This document shows, one piece after another, positions 40,865-52,052 of a DNA stretch of 64,000 nucleotides. Location of the stretch: sequence record OY726582; one strand, given 5' to 3'. Numbering within the stretch: the first letter of the stretch is position 1; each line of letters begins with the position of its first letter. The notes under the pieces were generated by a model that saw only the letters and a list, made by a program, of their open reading frames with translations, did no database searches and was not told the DNA's origin. The stretch comes from Escherichia phage vB_Eco_NicPhage. A program made the position numbers and the translations under genes.

Positions 40865-41036
40865 TTAACCATTCAATTGCCTGGTCGACGTTATCAAATA
40901 TCCCGCCGTCCAAACGTTCTTCATGCTCATAGTCCAGCACATCAATACCGAACTGTCCATTTACTAAAGGCCAGGCAACAAACAAATATTCTTTATGCTG
41001 TTCGATGGCCTCAATCACTTCATATAATCGTTTCAT
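40845..41036 (-). CDS. hypothetical protein
   Basis: 63-aa acidic ORF. Confidence 0.4.
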   Translation of the reverse strand: MKRLYEVIEAIEQHKEYLFVAWPLVNGQFGIDVLDYEHEERLDGGIFDNVDQAIEWLNENYVR

Positions 41037-42123
<1,087 letters not shown>

Positions 42124-42124
<1 letters not shown>

Positions 42125-42423
42125 TATTTTATTCCTAAGAAAATTTCAAGAATACGAATGTTATGCTCGCGCCGGTCTTTATTAATTTCAGCAACGTTTT
42201 TATTAATTGACGTACTTCTAACGTTTGAAGAAATAAATTTAATCATATGACTTTTGAGTTGTTGCAAATCCAACCCTTTTTCTTTAGCAGCTTTACGAAG
42301 AGCTTTACCTGCTTCATCTAGTGCCTTTGCTGCATCTTTGTCATAATTGCCAAGTGACATTCCACGACAGATATCAATATACTCATCAGACCGTTTGATG
42401 TAATTCTCTAGTAATGTTTTCAT
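42124..42423 (-). CDS. hypothetical protein
   Basis: 99-aa ORF. Confidence 0.45.
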
Positions 42424-42480
42424 TTAGATTTCCTCAATTATCCATAGGAGCATTATACTCTGCTCCTGAGAGTTTGTAAA

Positions 42481-42705
42481 CTATTTTACTAAAGATTCAA
42501 TATACTCGTGAAGAGCTTTAGTCGCTACTGCCCACTTATTCTGATATTCATTTTTCAGATTAGCACGAGACTGAACTAACAATCGGTCATTAGTCGGAGG
42601 CAAAGATTCTAATCGTTGAATCTGGCGCCCATAAATCATAGCCGCCATTTCAGATTCATAGATAAGCCCTTTAATGTATTCATGCTGTTCTTTAGTCATT
42701 GGCAT
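42481..42705 (-). CDS. hypothetical protein
   Basis: 74-aa ORF. Confidence 0.4.
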   Translation of the reverse strand: MPMTKEQHEYIKGLIYESEMAAMIYGRQIQRLESLPPTNDRLLVQSRANLKNEYQNKWAVATKALHEYIESLVK

Positions 42706-42986
42706 TTTTCCTCTTTTAAACCACTACGATAATAACATAACATAGTCTTCTGGTCATGTATATATCTTTTTACGTCGTTTAACCAGATACGAAATTCTTG
42801 AGAGTCTTCAAATGGCATTCCAACCCACGGATTACCATCAATAACCTTTACTTGCCATTTCTGGTTGTATTCGGAAATAGGCGTAGGCCATGAAGGATGT
42901 AAAGTTTCTTTAGGGCTTACTGGCACATCCTGAGTACATCCAACTAGGAGACCAATAGATAATACAGCCACAGTTAATTTAATCAT
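42696..42986 (-). CDS. o-spanin-like outer-membrane lipoprotein (T4 PseT.2-like)
   Basis: 96-aa ORF with signal peptide and lipobox LLVGC; immediately downstream of an i-spanin-like gene. Confidence 0.55.
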   Translation of the reverse strand: MIKLTVAVLSIGLLVGCTQDVPVSPKETLHPSWPTPISEYNQKWQVKVIDGNPWVGMPFEDSQEFRIWLNDVKRYIHDQKTMLCYYRSGLKEEKCQ

Positions 42987-43339
42987 TCTGAGAGCTTCCT
43001 GAGGTCTTCTGCAAAGGAATCGAAGGACCTGTTGATTTGTTTTTCGACCAATCCTGGCTTACTTGCCACCACGTTCTTCTTCTTCGAATCCTTACGGAGC
43101 TTTTCATTTTCAGCCTTAAGTTGGTCAACTAAAACACGGTTCTTATAAGTCATTTCTTCGATTGACTGATATTGAATCTTGAAGTCGTCTAATACTTTAG
43201 CATTGTTTTTAGCAGTCTCTTTAACAGAAGCCAATTCAGTATTCAGCGAATCGACTTTATGGTTCAGAAATGCTATTGTTACAGTAGCAACAACTGCAAA
43301 AGCTGCCACTACAATATATGATGCATTTACTTTAAGCAT
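42983..43339 (-). CDS. i-spanin-like inner-membrane protein (T4 PseT.3-like)
   Basis: 118-aa ORF with N-terminal hydrophobic transmembrane segment (IVVAAFAVVATVTIAFL) followed by a coiled-coil-like periplasmic region. Confidence 0.55.
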   Translation of the reverse strand: MLKVNASYIVVAAFAVVATVTIAFLNHKVDSLNTELASVKETAKNNAKVLDDFKIQYQSIEEMTYKNRVLVDQLKAENEKLRKDSKKKNVVASKPGLVEKQINRSFDSFAEDLRKLSE

Positions 43340-43827
43340 GTTTGAATAATCTCAATGATTTCGTCTCGGGATAATCCATTGATAAGAACTGTTTTAGGCC
43401 CGTCAGTTTGGATTTTGTATGATTCAAACAATACACACAACTCTTCTGCTGTATGATATGGGCTTGAGATTCCGAGACGGTTGAATTTGTCGGTAAGAGG
43501 GTCGCAAATAATATAGAATTTGATACCTGCGATATGTACGTTTGGTTGACTAATATTAATGAACACATTAGCGTCATATTTAGTCAAATTGTTTTGAAGA
43601 AATTCTACCATAGAATTAACTGCTTCTGGCATCGCTTCGCGTTTCTCTTCAGCGTATCGGGTTGAATACTCTTTTTGTTTTACTTTCTTTTTAAGATTTT
43701 TGGCCAGTGTAACACGTAGGTCAGTAAGATAACCAACTGGACGTCCTTTCTTAAAGACCCGGATTCCGTCAGTTGTGTCTCCAAAAGCGTTTACGATCAT
43801 ATCGTTAGTAATCAATTGCATATTCAT
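43327..43827 (-). CDS. alc: Alc-like protein (host transcription shutoff on cytosine DNA)
   Basis: About 166 aa from MNMQLITN (T4 Alc is 167 aa); position between pseT.3 and rnlA as in T4; start chosen downstream of the promoter. Confidence 0.55.
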   Translation of the reverse strand: MNMQLITNDMIVNAFGDTTDGIRVFKKGRPVGYLTDLRVTLAKNLKKKVKQKEYSTRYAEEKREAMPEAVNSMVEFLQNNLTKYDANVFINISQPNVHIAGIKFYIICDPLTDKFNRLGISSPYHTAEELCVLFESYKIQTDGPKTVLINGLSRDEIIEIIQTCLK

Positions 43828-43856
43828 AATTTTCTCCTCGTGTTGTTGATAAACCC

Positions 43857-43886
43857 ATAGTATCACCATCCTTGGTGTTTGTAAAC
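43857..43886 (-). promoter_or_regulatory. early sigma70-like promoter (-35 GTTTAC, 18 nt, -10 TACTAT)
   Basis: Minus-strand GTTTACaaacaccaaggatggtgaTACTATgggt about 30 nt upstream of the alc ATG. Confidence 0.55.
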
Positions 43887-43888
43887 CG

Positions 43889-45022
<1,134 letters not shown>

Positions 45023-45040
45023 TCAGTTAGTTTTTTTTAA

Positions 45041-45070
45041 ATTGTACCACAATCCTTGTGGTATGTAAAC
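45041..45070 (-). promoter_or_regulatory. early sigma70-like promoter upstream of rnlA (-35 GTTTAC, -10 TACAAT) with embedded inverted repeat ACCACAA/TTGTGGT
   Basis: Minus-strand GTTTACataccacaaggattgtggTACAAT about 30 nt upstream of the rnlA ATG. Confidence 0.5.
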
Positions 45071-45480
45071 TACTTTTTCTTATGTTGGATATTCCAAGGC
45101 GGGTTGAACTTTTTGATAAAAAGTGGTTCTTCAAGGTCCATTGTTGCGATGGTCATTGAACCAAGTTCGTTGGTGACTGAAAGGTCAAAACATTGGCGGG
45201 CCCAGAATTCAACCTTTTTGCCTTGCATTAAGGCATCCAAAATCATAAGTGATTTTCTTGAATCTGAAGTCTGGTCTTTTCGATTTATGGCTGTTCGATA
45301 ATAGTTAATGCGTTTCTTTAAATTCTTGGTTTTACCAATATACACGAGTTCGTCATCTATAGCAATAGCATATATGACATTTTTCTTATTAGGGACATCA
45401 ACTGTTTTAATTGTTGCATCTTCTAATAGCTCCAATTCTGTATATTTAATAAAGGAATATTCGGCGGCGATATCTTTCAT
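45070..45480 (-). CDS. denA: endonuclease II (DenA)
   Basis: 136-aa ORF (T4 DenA is 136 aa), GIY-YIG-like core (VIYAIAIDDELVYIGKTKNLKKR), located between nrdB and rnlA. Confidence 0.88.
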   Translation of the reverse strand: MKDIAAEYSFIKYTELELLEDATIKTVDVPNKKNVIYAIAIDDELVYIGKTKNLKKRINYYRTAINRKDQTSDSRKSLMILDALMQGKKVEFWARQCFDLSVTNELGSMTIATMDLEEPLFIKKFNPPWNIQHKKK

Positions 45481-45487
45481 AATAAAG

Positions 45488-45501
45488 TGGGACCGAAGTC
45501 C
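45488..45501 (-). other. hairpin GGGAC-UUCG-GUCCC between nrdB and denA
   Basis: Perfect 5-bp stem with tetraloop; weak U-run. Confidence 0.4.
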
Positions 45502-45506
45502 CGTCC

Positions 45507-46685
45507 TTAGAAATATTTTTTGTATGAATTGATTACATTTTGGTCTACATCATTATCAATTTGTGCGACAAGATAAGAACTGATTTCAACTTCCTGAGGA
45601 GCTGCTTGAACTAAATCAGAGTTCAGATATTCACGAATCCAAGGATACGGATGCTTGGTCGGAGCATCCGTAATTGGACATGGCAAACCACACTGTTTCA
45701 TACGAGACACAGTCAAGTAATCAACAAAAGCACACATACTCTGCGTATTGATACCTGGACATGTACCATCTTTAAAGAGGTGTGCAGCCCATTCCTTCTC
45801 TTGACTATTTACTTCCATAAAAATGTCAACTGCTTCTTGTTCACATTCTTTAGCAATTTGAACCCACTCATCACCGTCAGTACCAGATTGAAGTTGACGG
45901 ATAATGTACTGAGTACCCTTGAGATGGAGTTGTTCGTCACGAGCAATGAACTTCATAATCTTTGCATTGCCTTCCATAATTTCCATATTTTTATGGAAGT
46001 TAAAGGTACATGCAAATGATACGTAAAAACGAATAGCTTCCAAGGCGTTAATTACATGAAGGCAAAGATAAAGAGATTTCATTAGCTCACGCTTCCAATA
46101 TGTCTCATGCTCAATAGCATCTTCAATAACGTCTTCGTCTGCATTAATTTCTTTTTGGTATTCGATATCGGCTTTAGCGTTTTCCCAATAACGAGTTTTA
46201 ACCAGAACATCATCGTAATATTTACCTATTGATTCAGCTCGTTTCATGATTGCTTCGTCTAATACAATCTCATCAAATACTTTGGATGGATCGGTATAAA
46301 GATTTCGCATAATATGAGTGTACGAACGAGAGTGAATAGTTTCACTGAATGTCCATGTTGCAACCCACGTATCTAATGAAGGGTCGGAAATCAGTGCCAT
46401 AAGTACCGCAGATGGGGCCCTGCCTTGGATAGAATCTAATAATGATTGATACTTAAGATTGTTTGTAAAGATGTCCTGTTGGAACTGAGGAAGCTTATTG
46501 AACTGCGCAGAGTCCAACATCAAGTTTACCTCTTCTGGGCGCCAGAAAAATGACAATTGCTTTTCAATAAGTTCTTCAAAAACTTTATGTCGCTGAATAT
46601 CATAACGTGCGAGGCCAAGACCAGAACCAAAGAACATTGGTTCATTCAAAACATCGACTTGTTGTGTGTTAAAAACTGTACTCAT
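45507..46685 (-). CDS. nrdB: ribonucleotide reductase small subunit NrdB (aerobic class Ia), uninterrupted
   Basis: 392-aa continuous ORF (T4 NrdB is 388 aa). Confidence 0.93.
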   Translation of the reverse strand: MSTVFNTQQVDVLNEPMFFGSGLGLARYDIQRHKVFEELIEKQLSFFWRPEEVNLMLDSAQFNKLPQFQQDIFTNNLKYQSLLDSIQGRAPSAVLMALISDPSLDTWVATWTFSETIHSRSYTHIMRNLYTDPSKVFDEIVLDEAIMKRAESIGKYYDDVLVKTRYWENAKADIEYQKEINADEDVIEDAIEHETYWKRELMKSLYLCLHVINALEAIRFYVSFACTFNFHKNMEIMEGNAKIMKFIARDEQLHLKGTQYIIRQLQSGTDGDEWVQIAKECEQEAVDIFMEVNSQEKEWAAHLFKDGTCPGINTQSMCAFVDYLTVSRMKQCGLPCPITDAPTKHPYPWIREYLNSDLVQAAPQEVEISSYLVAQIDNDVDQNVINSYKKYF

Positions 46686-46740
46686 TATATTTTCTCACTT
46701 AGTTATTAACTCATCCATGAGTAAATTATAATCAAAAGTC

Positions 46741-48996
46741 TTAAAGCTTACAAGCAGAACAATCTTCAGCTTTAGGTGTTTCTAATTCATAGTCATCTGT
46801 ACCTGACCCATCACGAGTGTTATGATAGTAGAGGTTTTTTCCGCCAAAGTACCAGAAGTAAAGCAGATCGTCAAGCATTACCGACATTGGCACTTTACCT
46901 TTCTCAAATACTGCAGGGTCATAGTAAGTATTAGCAGAAGCAGATTGGCACACCCATTTCAACATGATAGCAACTTGGGTCAAATAAGGTTTATTACCTT
47001 TCTTAGCAAGTTTCCACGCGTAGTCGTAAAGACTCATGTTATGTTCTATATTAGGAACAACCTGACGGAAGTTGCCTTCTTTAGATTCTTTAATACTCAC
47101 TGGACCGCGTGGGGGCTCAATCCCGTTTGTAGAGTTCGATACTTGACTGCTTGACTCACAAGGCATGAGTGCAGACAACGTTGAGTTACGAATTCCATGT
47201 TCTTTGAGTTCAGCTCGAAGTTCTTCCCAATCACATACGTAGTTCGGGGCTGCGATTTGGTCAATCTTTTTATTGTACCAGTCGATAGGTAATTCGCCTC
47301 TAGACCATTTAGTGTCTGAATAATACTCGCAACATCCTTTTTCTTTGGCGAGTTTGATTGAAGCTTTGATAAGGCCATATTGCAATCTCTCAAACAATTC
47401 ATGAGTCAAATCGTTAGCGTCTTCATATGAAGCGAAGTTAGAAGCTAACCATGCAGCATAGTTCGTAACACCAACACCAAGATTACGACGCTTTTTGGCT
47501 TTTAAAGCTTCTGGAACCGGATAATCTTGATAGTCTAACAGGTTATCAAGTGCACGTACTTGTACTTCAGCAAGTTCATTAATTTTATCTTGGTCTTGCC
47601 AATCAAATTTATCTAACACGAATGCAGATAACGTGCATAAACCAATTTCAGCATCAGGACCATTCACATCATTAGTTGGAATAGCGATTTCACAACATAA
47701 GTTACTCTGACGAATTGGAGCTTTTTCACGAATAAACGGAGTGTAGTTATTCGTGTTATCAACAAACTGTGGATAAATTCGAGCAGTACCAGAGCGTTCA
47801 GTCATGAACAATTCAAAGAGTTCTAGTGCTTTGATTCTTTTCTTTCTGATTGTTGGGTCTTTTTCAGCTTTCTCATAAAGCTCACGGAATTTATCTTGAT
47901 CTTCAAAGAACGAGTAGTATAGTTCGCCTGACATTTCGTGAGGGCTAAATAAAGTAATATAATCATTTTTACCAAGGCGTTCCATCATAAGGTCATTAAT
48001 CTGAATTCCGTAGTCCATATGTCGAATACGGTTTTCATCCACGCCTTTGTTATTTTTCAGAACTAATAGGTTCTCTACTTCTAAGTGCCACATCGGATAA
48101 TACGCTGTAGCAGCACCACCACGAATACCACCTTGAGAACAAGATTTTACTGCAGTTTGGAAATGTTTCCAGAATGGAATAACACCCGTATGTCGAACTT
48201 CACCCATACCGATCTTAGAACCTTCTGCACGAAGCATACCAACGTTTATACCAATACCAGCTCGTTTAGAAATATATTCAATAATTGATGCTGAAGTTTT
48301 GTTAATAGATTTTAACGAATCACCGGCTTCAATAACTACACAACTAGAGAACTGGCGAGTTGGAGTACGAGCACCTGCCATAATTGGGGTTGGCAATGAA
48401 ACTTGATGAGTAGAAACGGCATTATAAAAACGAATAATATGTTTCAAACGGTCATGAGTTTCGTTTTGGTGTAAGGCCATGCCAATAGCCATGATAGCAA
48501 ACTGGGGAGTTTCATAAATCTTCCCAGTTGTTTTATCTTTAACTAGATATTTTTCTTTAAGCTGCATAGCACCAGCATAAGTCAGGTCAAAGTCTCGTTC
48601 ATGTTTAATCTGTGAATCGAGATAAATGATTTCTTCTGCTGAATATTGAGACAACAGCTCAGGGTCATATTTGCCTTCATTAACACAATAAGAAATATGG
48701 TCGATAAAAGCAGGCGGTTCAAACTGCCCATATACATCTTTACGAAGTGCAAACATTAGCCCTTTGGCGGCGACATACTGATAATCAGGTTCTTCGACAG
48801 AAATCGAGTTAGCTGCAACTTTAATACAAATCTTCTGGATATCTTTGGTGCTCATCCCGTCGACAAGATGGGTCTTAATTTCTTCATACAATTCATATGG
48901 GTCAATTTGTGTTCCTTCACATTGCCAAGTTAAGACTTGAATAATTTTCTGTGCATCAAAATTTTGTGATACACCACTGCTCTTAGTTACTTGCAT
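46741..48996 (-). CDS. nrdA: ribonucleotide reductase large subunit NrdA
   Basis: 751-aa ORF (T4 NrdA is 754 aa); C-terminal redox cysteines; synteny. Confidence 0.95.
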   Translation of the reverse strand: MQVTKSSGVSQNFDAQKIIQVLTWQCEGTQIDPYELYEEIKTHLVDGMSTKDIQKICIKVAANSISVEEPDYQYVAAKGLMFALRKDVYGQFEPPAFIDHISYCVNEGKYDPELLSQYSAEEIIYLDSQIKHERDFDLTYAGAMQLKEKYLVKDKTTGKIYETPQFAIMAIGMALHQNETHDRLKHIIRFYNAVSTHQVSLPTPIMAGARTPTRQFSSCVVIEAGDSLKSINKTSASIIEYISKRAGIGINVGMLRAEGSKIGMGEVRHTGVIPFWKHFQTAVKSCSQGGIRGGAATAYYPMWHLEVENLLVLKNNKGVDENRIRHMDYGIQINDLMMERLGKNDYITLFSPHEMSGELYYSFFEDQDKFRELYEKAEKDPTIRKKRIKALELFELFMTERSGTARIYPQFVDNTNNYTPFIREKAPIRQSNLCCEIAIPTNDVNGPDAEIGLCTLSAFVLDKFDWQDQDKINELAEVQVRALDNLLDYQDYPVPEALKAKKRRNLGVGVTNYAAWLASNFASYEDANDLTHELFERLQYGLIKASIKLAKEKGCCEYYSDTKWSRGELPIDWYNKKIDQIAAPNYVCDWEELRAELKEHGIRNSTLSALMPCESSSQVSNSTNGIEPPRGPVSIKESKEGNFRQVVPNIEHNMSLYDYAWKLAKKGNKPYLTQVAIMLKWVCQSASANTYYDPAVFEKGKVPMSVMLDDLLYFWYFGGKNLYYHNTRDGSGTDDYELETPKAEDCSACKL

Positions 48997-49292
48997 ATGT
49001 CCTCTATATTAAATTCGTCTTTAAAAAGTTTATTAACCACTAGAGCTATTATATCACCATGACAGGCTTTTGGTTTACATGTGCATCCCAGACGCATACC
49101 ACGTAAAGGTTCTAGATGAGCTTTTGTGATTTCTCCACACTTAATTCTCTTAATAAAATCCTTTTTGAAAAGCTCAATAGCTTCTTCTCGGGAAGAGGCA
49201 TCCTTGCCTACATAATTTCCCCAGAATGTGCCACGATGAATATTAACATCAAAATCGGATTTATATTTATTCACAACGCGGCACATTTTCAT
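48987..49292 (-). CDS. hypothetical protein (nrdA.1-like position)
   Basis: 101-aa ORF between td and nrdA. Confidence 0.5.
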   Translation of the reverse strand: MKMCRVVNKYKSDFDVNIHRGTFWGNYVGKDASSREEAIELFKKDFIKRIKCGEITKAHLEPLRGMRLGCTCKPKACHGDIIALVVNKLFKDEFNIEDICK

Positions 49293-49546
49293 TACATGTC
49301 CTCTGCAATAATTTCTTCGTATTCTTTAGGAGTCAAGACCGTGATATTAAAATAAACCAACGGTTCTTTTTCTATACCGAATCCACCACAGAATTCACGA
49401 TATTCATAAATTCGTTCATGTGAATAACAAATGAATCGTTCACCTTTAACTGTGATTTCACTATTTGGTGAAGGGATATCCAGTTCACTTGGATTTTTCA
49501 TTTCAAAAATTGTGGTGCCATATGAATTAATAAAACGTAAAATCAT
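49292..49546 (-). CDS. hypothetical protein (nrdA.2-like position)
   Basis: 84-aa ORF. Confidence 0.45.
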   Translation of the reverse strand: MILRFINSYGTTIFEMKNPSELDIPSPNSEITVKGERFICYSHERIYEYREFCGGFGIEKEPLVYFNITVLTPKEYEEIIAEDM

Positions 49547-50407
49547 TTATACCGCCATTTTAGCTTTGATAGTTGGATGAGATTCGTAATTTTTAAGAAC
49601 GAAATCAGAATGTGTCATCGTTCCAGTAACCCAGTCCATTTGGATTTTTGTAGGCCAATTCTCAAAATTACTAGGCCAATTAATTTCAAGAGAACATAAC
49701 TCTTTAGGTTCACGACGAAGAACTTCTTTGCATTGTTCTACATGATTGCTGTAGATATGCGTGTTGCCGCCTGAGAACACTAAATCACCTGGGATAAGGT
49801 TACACATCTTCGCTACAATATGCGTCAAGGCAGCGTACGAGGCAATGTTGAACGGCAGGCCCAAGAAAACATCTACACTGCGTTGATACCATTGTAAATC
49901 AAGATGCCCATTACGCACATTAAATTGATAGAACATATGACAAGGAGGAAGAGCCATTTGGTCAATTTCGGCTGGGTTCCATGCAGAAACTATTTGACGA
50001 CGATCATTAGGAAGAGCTTTAATACGGTCGATAGTTTTGACCAATTGGTCTACACCACCAAAATCACGCCATTGCTTACCATAAATAGGACCAAGTTCGC
50101 CGCTATGATATCCAAGGTCTTTTGCCTGATTTTCATAGTTGTCGTCCCAAATAGTTTTACCTTGAATAAGACTACCATGAGTACGAATACGCAAATCATT
50201 AACATTGGTAGAACCAGACATGAACCACAGTAACTCGGCAATACAAGCTTTCCATGCTAATTTCTTAGTTGTTACCGCAGGGAATCCTTTAGTCAGATCC
50301 CAACGTAATTTAGTTCCGAACAGGGCAATAGTGCCGGTACCTGTACGGTCGTCTGTTTCGTAGCCATTTTCTAGGATATCATTAATCAGGTATTGGTATT
50401 GTTTCAT
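49547..50407 (-). CDS. td: thymidylate synthase, uninterrupted
   Basis: 286-aa continuous ORF (T4 Td is 286 aa after intron splicing); thymidylate synthase-like sequence (PPCH, active-site region). Confidence 0.95.
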   Translation of the reverse strand: MKQYQYLINDILENGYETDDRTGTGTIALFGTKLRWDLTKGFPAVTTKKLAWKACIAELLWFMSGSTNVNDLRIRTHGSLIQGKTIWDDNYENQAKDLGYHSGELGPIYGKQWRDFGGVDQLVKTIDRIKALPNDRRQIVSAWNPAEIDQMALPPCHMFYQFNVRNGHLDLQWYQRSVDVFLGLPFNIASYAALTHIVAKMCNLIPGDLVFSGGNTHIYSNHVEQCKEVLRREPKELCSLEINWPSNFENWPTKIQMDWVTGTMTHSDFVLKNYESHPTIKAKMAV

Positions 50408-50991
50408 TTATAAACGCTCTCAGTAATTTCGGTGAGTTCATCGATTCTGTAGTAATGAGATTCTACCATAGAACGTTGAAGCATAATATCTTGGACGAAA
50501 TCTTTATCAAGTTGAACATCGGAATTAACACGACATTTCTTAATGATTTTAGTCATCACGATTTCATCGGCATAAGGCAGTGCTTGTTTAAGTAGAGCAG
50601 GACCGCCGATAACAGATACATTAACATGTTCAGTAGAAAGTTTAAACGGTACATCAGTTGCAGGGCTAAACAGGTTAATTTCACCACCTGTTACCAAGGT
50701 AATAAATTCAGATTGGGTGATATAGAACCGTGCAAGTTCATCAGTTTTAGTCCTAGGCAGTTTTCTGGCCATATCAGTGACAACCACATGAGTACGATCT
50801 GGGAGTAGACGAGGTAATGATGCAAAAGTCTTAGCACCCATAACCATTACAGTGTTTTTAGTGCGAGCAACAAAGTTACTCATATCTTGTTTGATATGCT
50901 TCCATGGAAGTCCATCACCTAATCCAAAAGCATATTCCAGTTTATCATCAACTGTTTTAGATGGTGCGCATGCGAATACTAATTTAAGCAT
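50404..50991 (-). CDS. frd: dihydrofolate reductase
   Basis: 195-aa ORF directly upstream of td with 4-nt overlap; T4 Frd is 193 aa. Confidence 0.88.
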   Translation of the reverse strand: MLKLVFACAPSKTVDDKLEYAFGLGDGLPWKHIKQDMSNFVARTKNTVMVMGAKTFASLPRLLPDRTHVVVTDMARKLPRTKTDELARFYITQSEFITLVTGGEINLFSPATDVPFKLSTEHVNVSVIGGPALLKQALPYADEIVMTKIIKKCRVNSDVQLDKDFVQDIMLQRSMVESHYYRIDELTEITESVYK

Positions 50992-51232
50992 TTTTAAGTC
51001 CTTTAATAACTTTTTGGATTTGTGATTTAGACGAAACTAGTTCTGTCTGAATTTCCAAACCATCGGTTTGGTCAAATGTTGTAACACAAACACGGGGTTT
51101 TGTTGTGTATCGTCCAGACAAATCAAATGCATCACCAATGAATTCGGCCAAATCCGGATGGTCTAAATTAACTGAAGTATAAACTTCATATCCGACATCA
51201 GCGCCTTGAGAGTATTCAACAACAACATTCAT
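50984..51232 (-). CDS. hypothetical protein (frd.1-like position)
   Basis: 82-aa ORF. Confidence 0.5.
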   Translation of the reverse strand: MNVVVEYSQGADVGYEVYTSVNLDHPDLAEFIGDAFDLSGRYTTKPRVCVTTFDQTDGLEIQTELVSSKSQIQKVIKGLKNA

Positions 51233-51234
51233 AA

Positions 51235-51483
51235 TTATTTCCTCAGATTTTTCTTAACAACTTTCCAATCGGCTTTGAACATTTCAACATCAGAGTGGCA
51301 AATCCAGAATCCTGCACTTTCACCATCTTCGTAGAGTGGACATCCATCACATTCTTCGTTCCAACCCATTTCGCGTAAAGCTTCTTCAGCTTGTTCAAGG
51401 AGTTCAGCATCTTTACCAACGATGTTGAAGTACCATTTACCTCTAACTTCCGAATCTTTGATGCTCTGGCGTTGCAATCTCAT
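51235..51483 (-). CDS. hypothetical protein (frd.2-like position)
   Basis: 82-aa ORF with four Cys (CDGC...C.H). Confidence 0.5.
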   Translation of the reverse strand: MRLQRQSIKDSEVRGKWYFNIVGKDAELLEQAEEALREMGWNEECDGCPLYEDGESAGFWICHSDVEMFKADWKVVKKNLRK

Positions 51484-51546
51484 TTTATTCTCCTCTTCAC
51501 TTTTATTTTATAGGGCTACTATAACATAGCCCTATCTTGTTATAAA

Positions 51547-51939
51547 CTACTTTTTAAAAGTTTTTTGCAAAAGTTTGATGATTTCGTCGACGTTAGTTTC
51601 ATCTACGATACAATGGATTTTTGTTACACCTAAAGTTATACCTTCGTTAGTAGGTTGAGGCTTTACTAAATCTACCTCAGTAAAGTATTTGAACTCGTCA
51701 GGATAAATCTCAAAATAAGTTTCAATTTCATCACCGGCAGAACATACAGTACCATCTTCCATAGTTACACTTACTACGTTTGACGTATCGCTATCATAAT
51801 CAGGTTCCATTCCGTTTACAACAAAACTAGGCCCGTGGAGTTCAATCAATTTTAACATCTTAGCGTTATTATGTGGTGCTTCTTGAACAAAGTCGTCTTT
51901 AAATAAAGGGTTAATGATATAAGATTTTCCGATTTCCAT
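51547..51939 (-). CDS. hypothetical protein (frd.3-like position)
   Basis: 130-aa ORF preceded by an early promoter. Confidence 0.5.
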   Translation of the reverse strand: MEIGKSYIINPLFKDDFVQEAPHNNAKMLKLIELHGPSFVVNGMEPDYDSDTSNVVSVTMEDGTVCSAGDEIETYFEIYPDEFKYFTEVDLVKPQPTNEGITLGVTKIHCIVDETNVDEIIKLLQKTFKK

Positions 51940-51968
51940 TTTGATTTCCTCATGTTGTTAATAGGTCT

Positions 51969-51997
51969 ATACTAACACATCCAGGGAAGAAGTAAAC
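51969..51997 (-). promoter_or_regulatory. early sigma70-like promoter (-35 GTTTAC, 17 nt, -10 TAGTAT)
   Basis: Minus-strand GTTTACttcttccctggatgtgtTAGTATagac, about 30 nt upstream of the 51939 ATG. Confidence 0.55.
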
Positions 51998-52020
51998 AAC
52001 TTTTTCGGCAATTTACAGAT

Positions 52021-52046
52021 ACTCAAAAGGGAGACCGAAGTCTCCC
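52021..52046 (-). terminator. intrinsic terminator after gene 32 (GGGAGAC-UUCG-GUCUCCC plus U-run)
   Basis: Same 18-nt hairpin as at 12981 and 36807, followed on the minus strand by TTTTGAG. Confidence 0.7.
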
Positions 52047-52052
52047 AATTTA

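Noticed and set aside
43828-43869. N-terminal extension of alc (track start 43869)
   Set aside because: The promoter -10 element (43857-43862) lies inside the extension; the ATG at 43827 follows a GAGGAG ribosome-binding site and gives the T4-like length.
45507-50407. Group I introns in td or nrdB as in T4
   Set aside because: Both genes are continuous ORFs of full mature-protein length with no internal stop or inserted segment.
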